Below, piece by piece: positions 31,343-32,000 of a stretch of 32,000 nucleotides of DNA (the stretch's first letter is position 1; the number at the start of each line of letters is the position of its first letter). The stretch lies in assembly GCA_000503875.1 (NCBI GenBank), contig CP006913.1, forward strand, positions 840,001-872,000, given 5' to 3'. The position numbers were made by a program, and so were the translations under genes. The DNA comes from Candidatus Saccharimonadota bacterium. GTDB taxonomy: Bacteria; Patescibacteriota; Gracilibacteria; Absconditabacterales; Absconditicoccaceae. Under the pieces are notes generated by a model, which saw only the letters and a list, made by a program, of their open reading frames with translations, had not been told where the DNA came from and made no database searches.

Positions 31343-32000
31343 ATGAAAGCTACTCCTATCAGCAAATTGTATGCAGATCACAAGTCATTACTCAATACAT
31401 CAATCAATCTCAATGGATGGGTAAGAACAATCAGAGATTCCAAAACATTTGGATTTATTGAACTTAATGATGGATCATACCTCAAAAATATACAAATCGT
31501 TTTTGAAGATAAATTAGATAATTTCGATGCAATTTGCCACCTTGGAGTAGGAAGCGCAATTTCTGTAGAAGGAACTCTCGTTGCTTCACAAGGAGGAAAA
31601 CAAGTTTTTGAAATTCAAGCAAGCAAAGTAACTATCGTAGGAACTTCTCTTCCAGAATATCCTCTTCAAAAGAAAAGACATGGATTCGAATACCTCAGAG
31701 AAATTGCTCATCTTAGACCAAGATCAAATACCTTTTCTGCCGTGTTTAGAGTAAGAAATTTACTTTCATTCGCGATTCATAAATTCTTCCAAGAACAAGG
31801 ATTTATGCGAACACATACACCAATTCTTACAGGAAGCGACTGTGAAGGCGCTGGAGAAATGTTTAGAGTATCTACTCTTGATATGATGAATCCTCCAAAA
31901 ACTGAAGACGGGAAAATAGATTATTCCAAGGATTTCTTTGGGAAAGAAGCATCTTTGACAGTAAGCTGACAACTAAACGGAGAAACATTTGCTTGTGCTT
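31343..32000 (+). CDS. asnS: asparaginyl-tRNA synthetase, N-terminal part (continues past window end)
   Basis: ATG 31343, in frame with track ORF 31232-31969. OB-fold [66 protein letters not shown] with the Gly encoded by TGA 31967. The frame stays open to base 32000. Confidence 0.85.

Overview
This is an AT-rich (roughly one-third GC by eye), gene-dense bacterial chromosome segment. The supplied ORF track looks shattered, but almost every break is an in-frame TGA with no frame change. Those TGAs sit on invariant glycines of well-known families: CGGTH and GGG of the AlaRS editing and C-terminal domains, GxGxxG and SGGGRCN of an HI0933-type flavoprotein, GKG of XerC/D, GDxxD of a metallophosphoesterase, and TVSGQL of AsnRS. 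Every gene I call ends in TAA or TAG. I therefore read the window in genetic code 25 (UGA=Gly), which points to a Candidatus Gracilibacteria / Absconditabacteria (SR1)-type Patescibacteria genome. Re-joined under that code, the window holds about 34 CDS. Recognisable ones are trpS, ruvB, ndk, tex, recX and asnS, plus an XerC/D recombinase, a ComF-like protein, a SulP transporter, a GuaB1-like IMPDH-family protein, a FemAB-like protein, an LtaS-like sulfatase fused to a GDPD domain, a free-standing AlaX-L-type protein and a free-standing IleRS C-terminal-domain protein. There are also several lineage-specific hypotheticals, one tRNA-Arg(GCG), and several sigma70-like promoters and intrinsic terminators. 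The main item no feature explains is a GC-rich, ORF-less locus of about 390 nt (21570-21995). It has its own promoter and terminator on the minus strand and dense hairpin content, and I could not assign it to RNase P RNA, tmRNA or SRP RNA. Other points worth a second look are 40-bp direct repeats bracketing the SulP gene, two conserved genes with no canonical start codon (both have AAA-ATT-CA at the expected start), and a tightly packed five-gene accessory cluster. All calls rest on reading the sequence and recalling family motifs. No database search was run.
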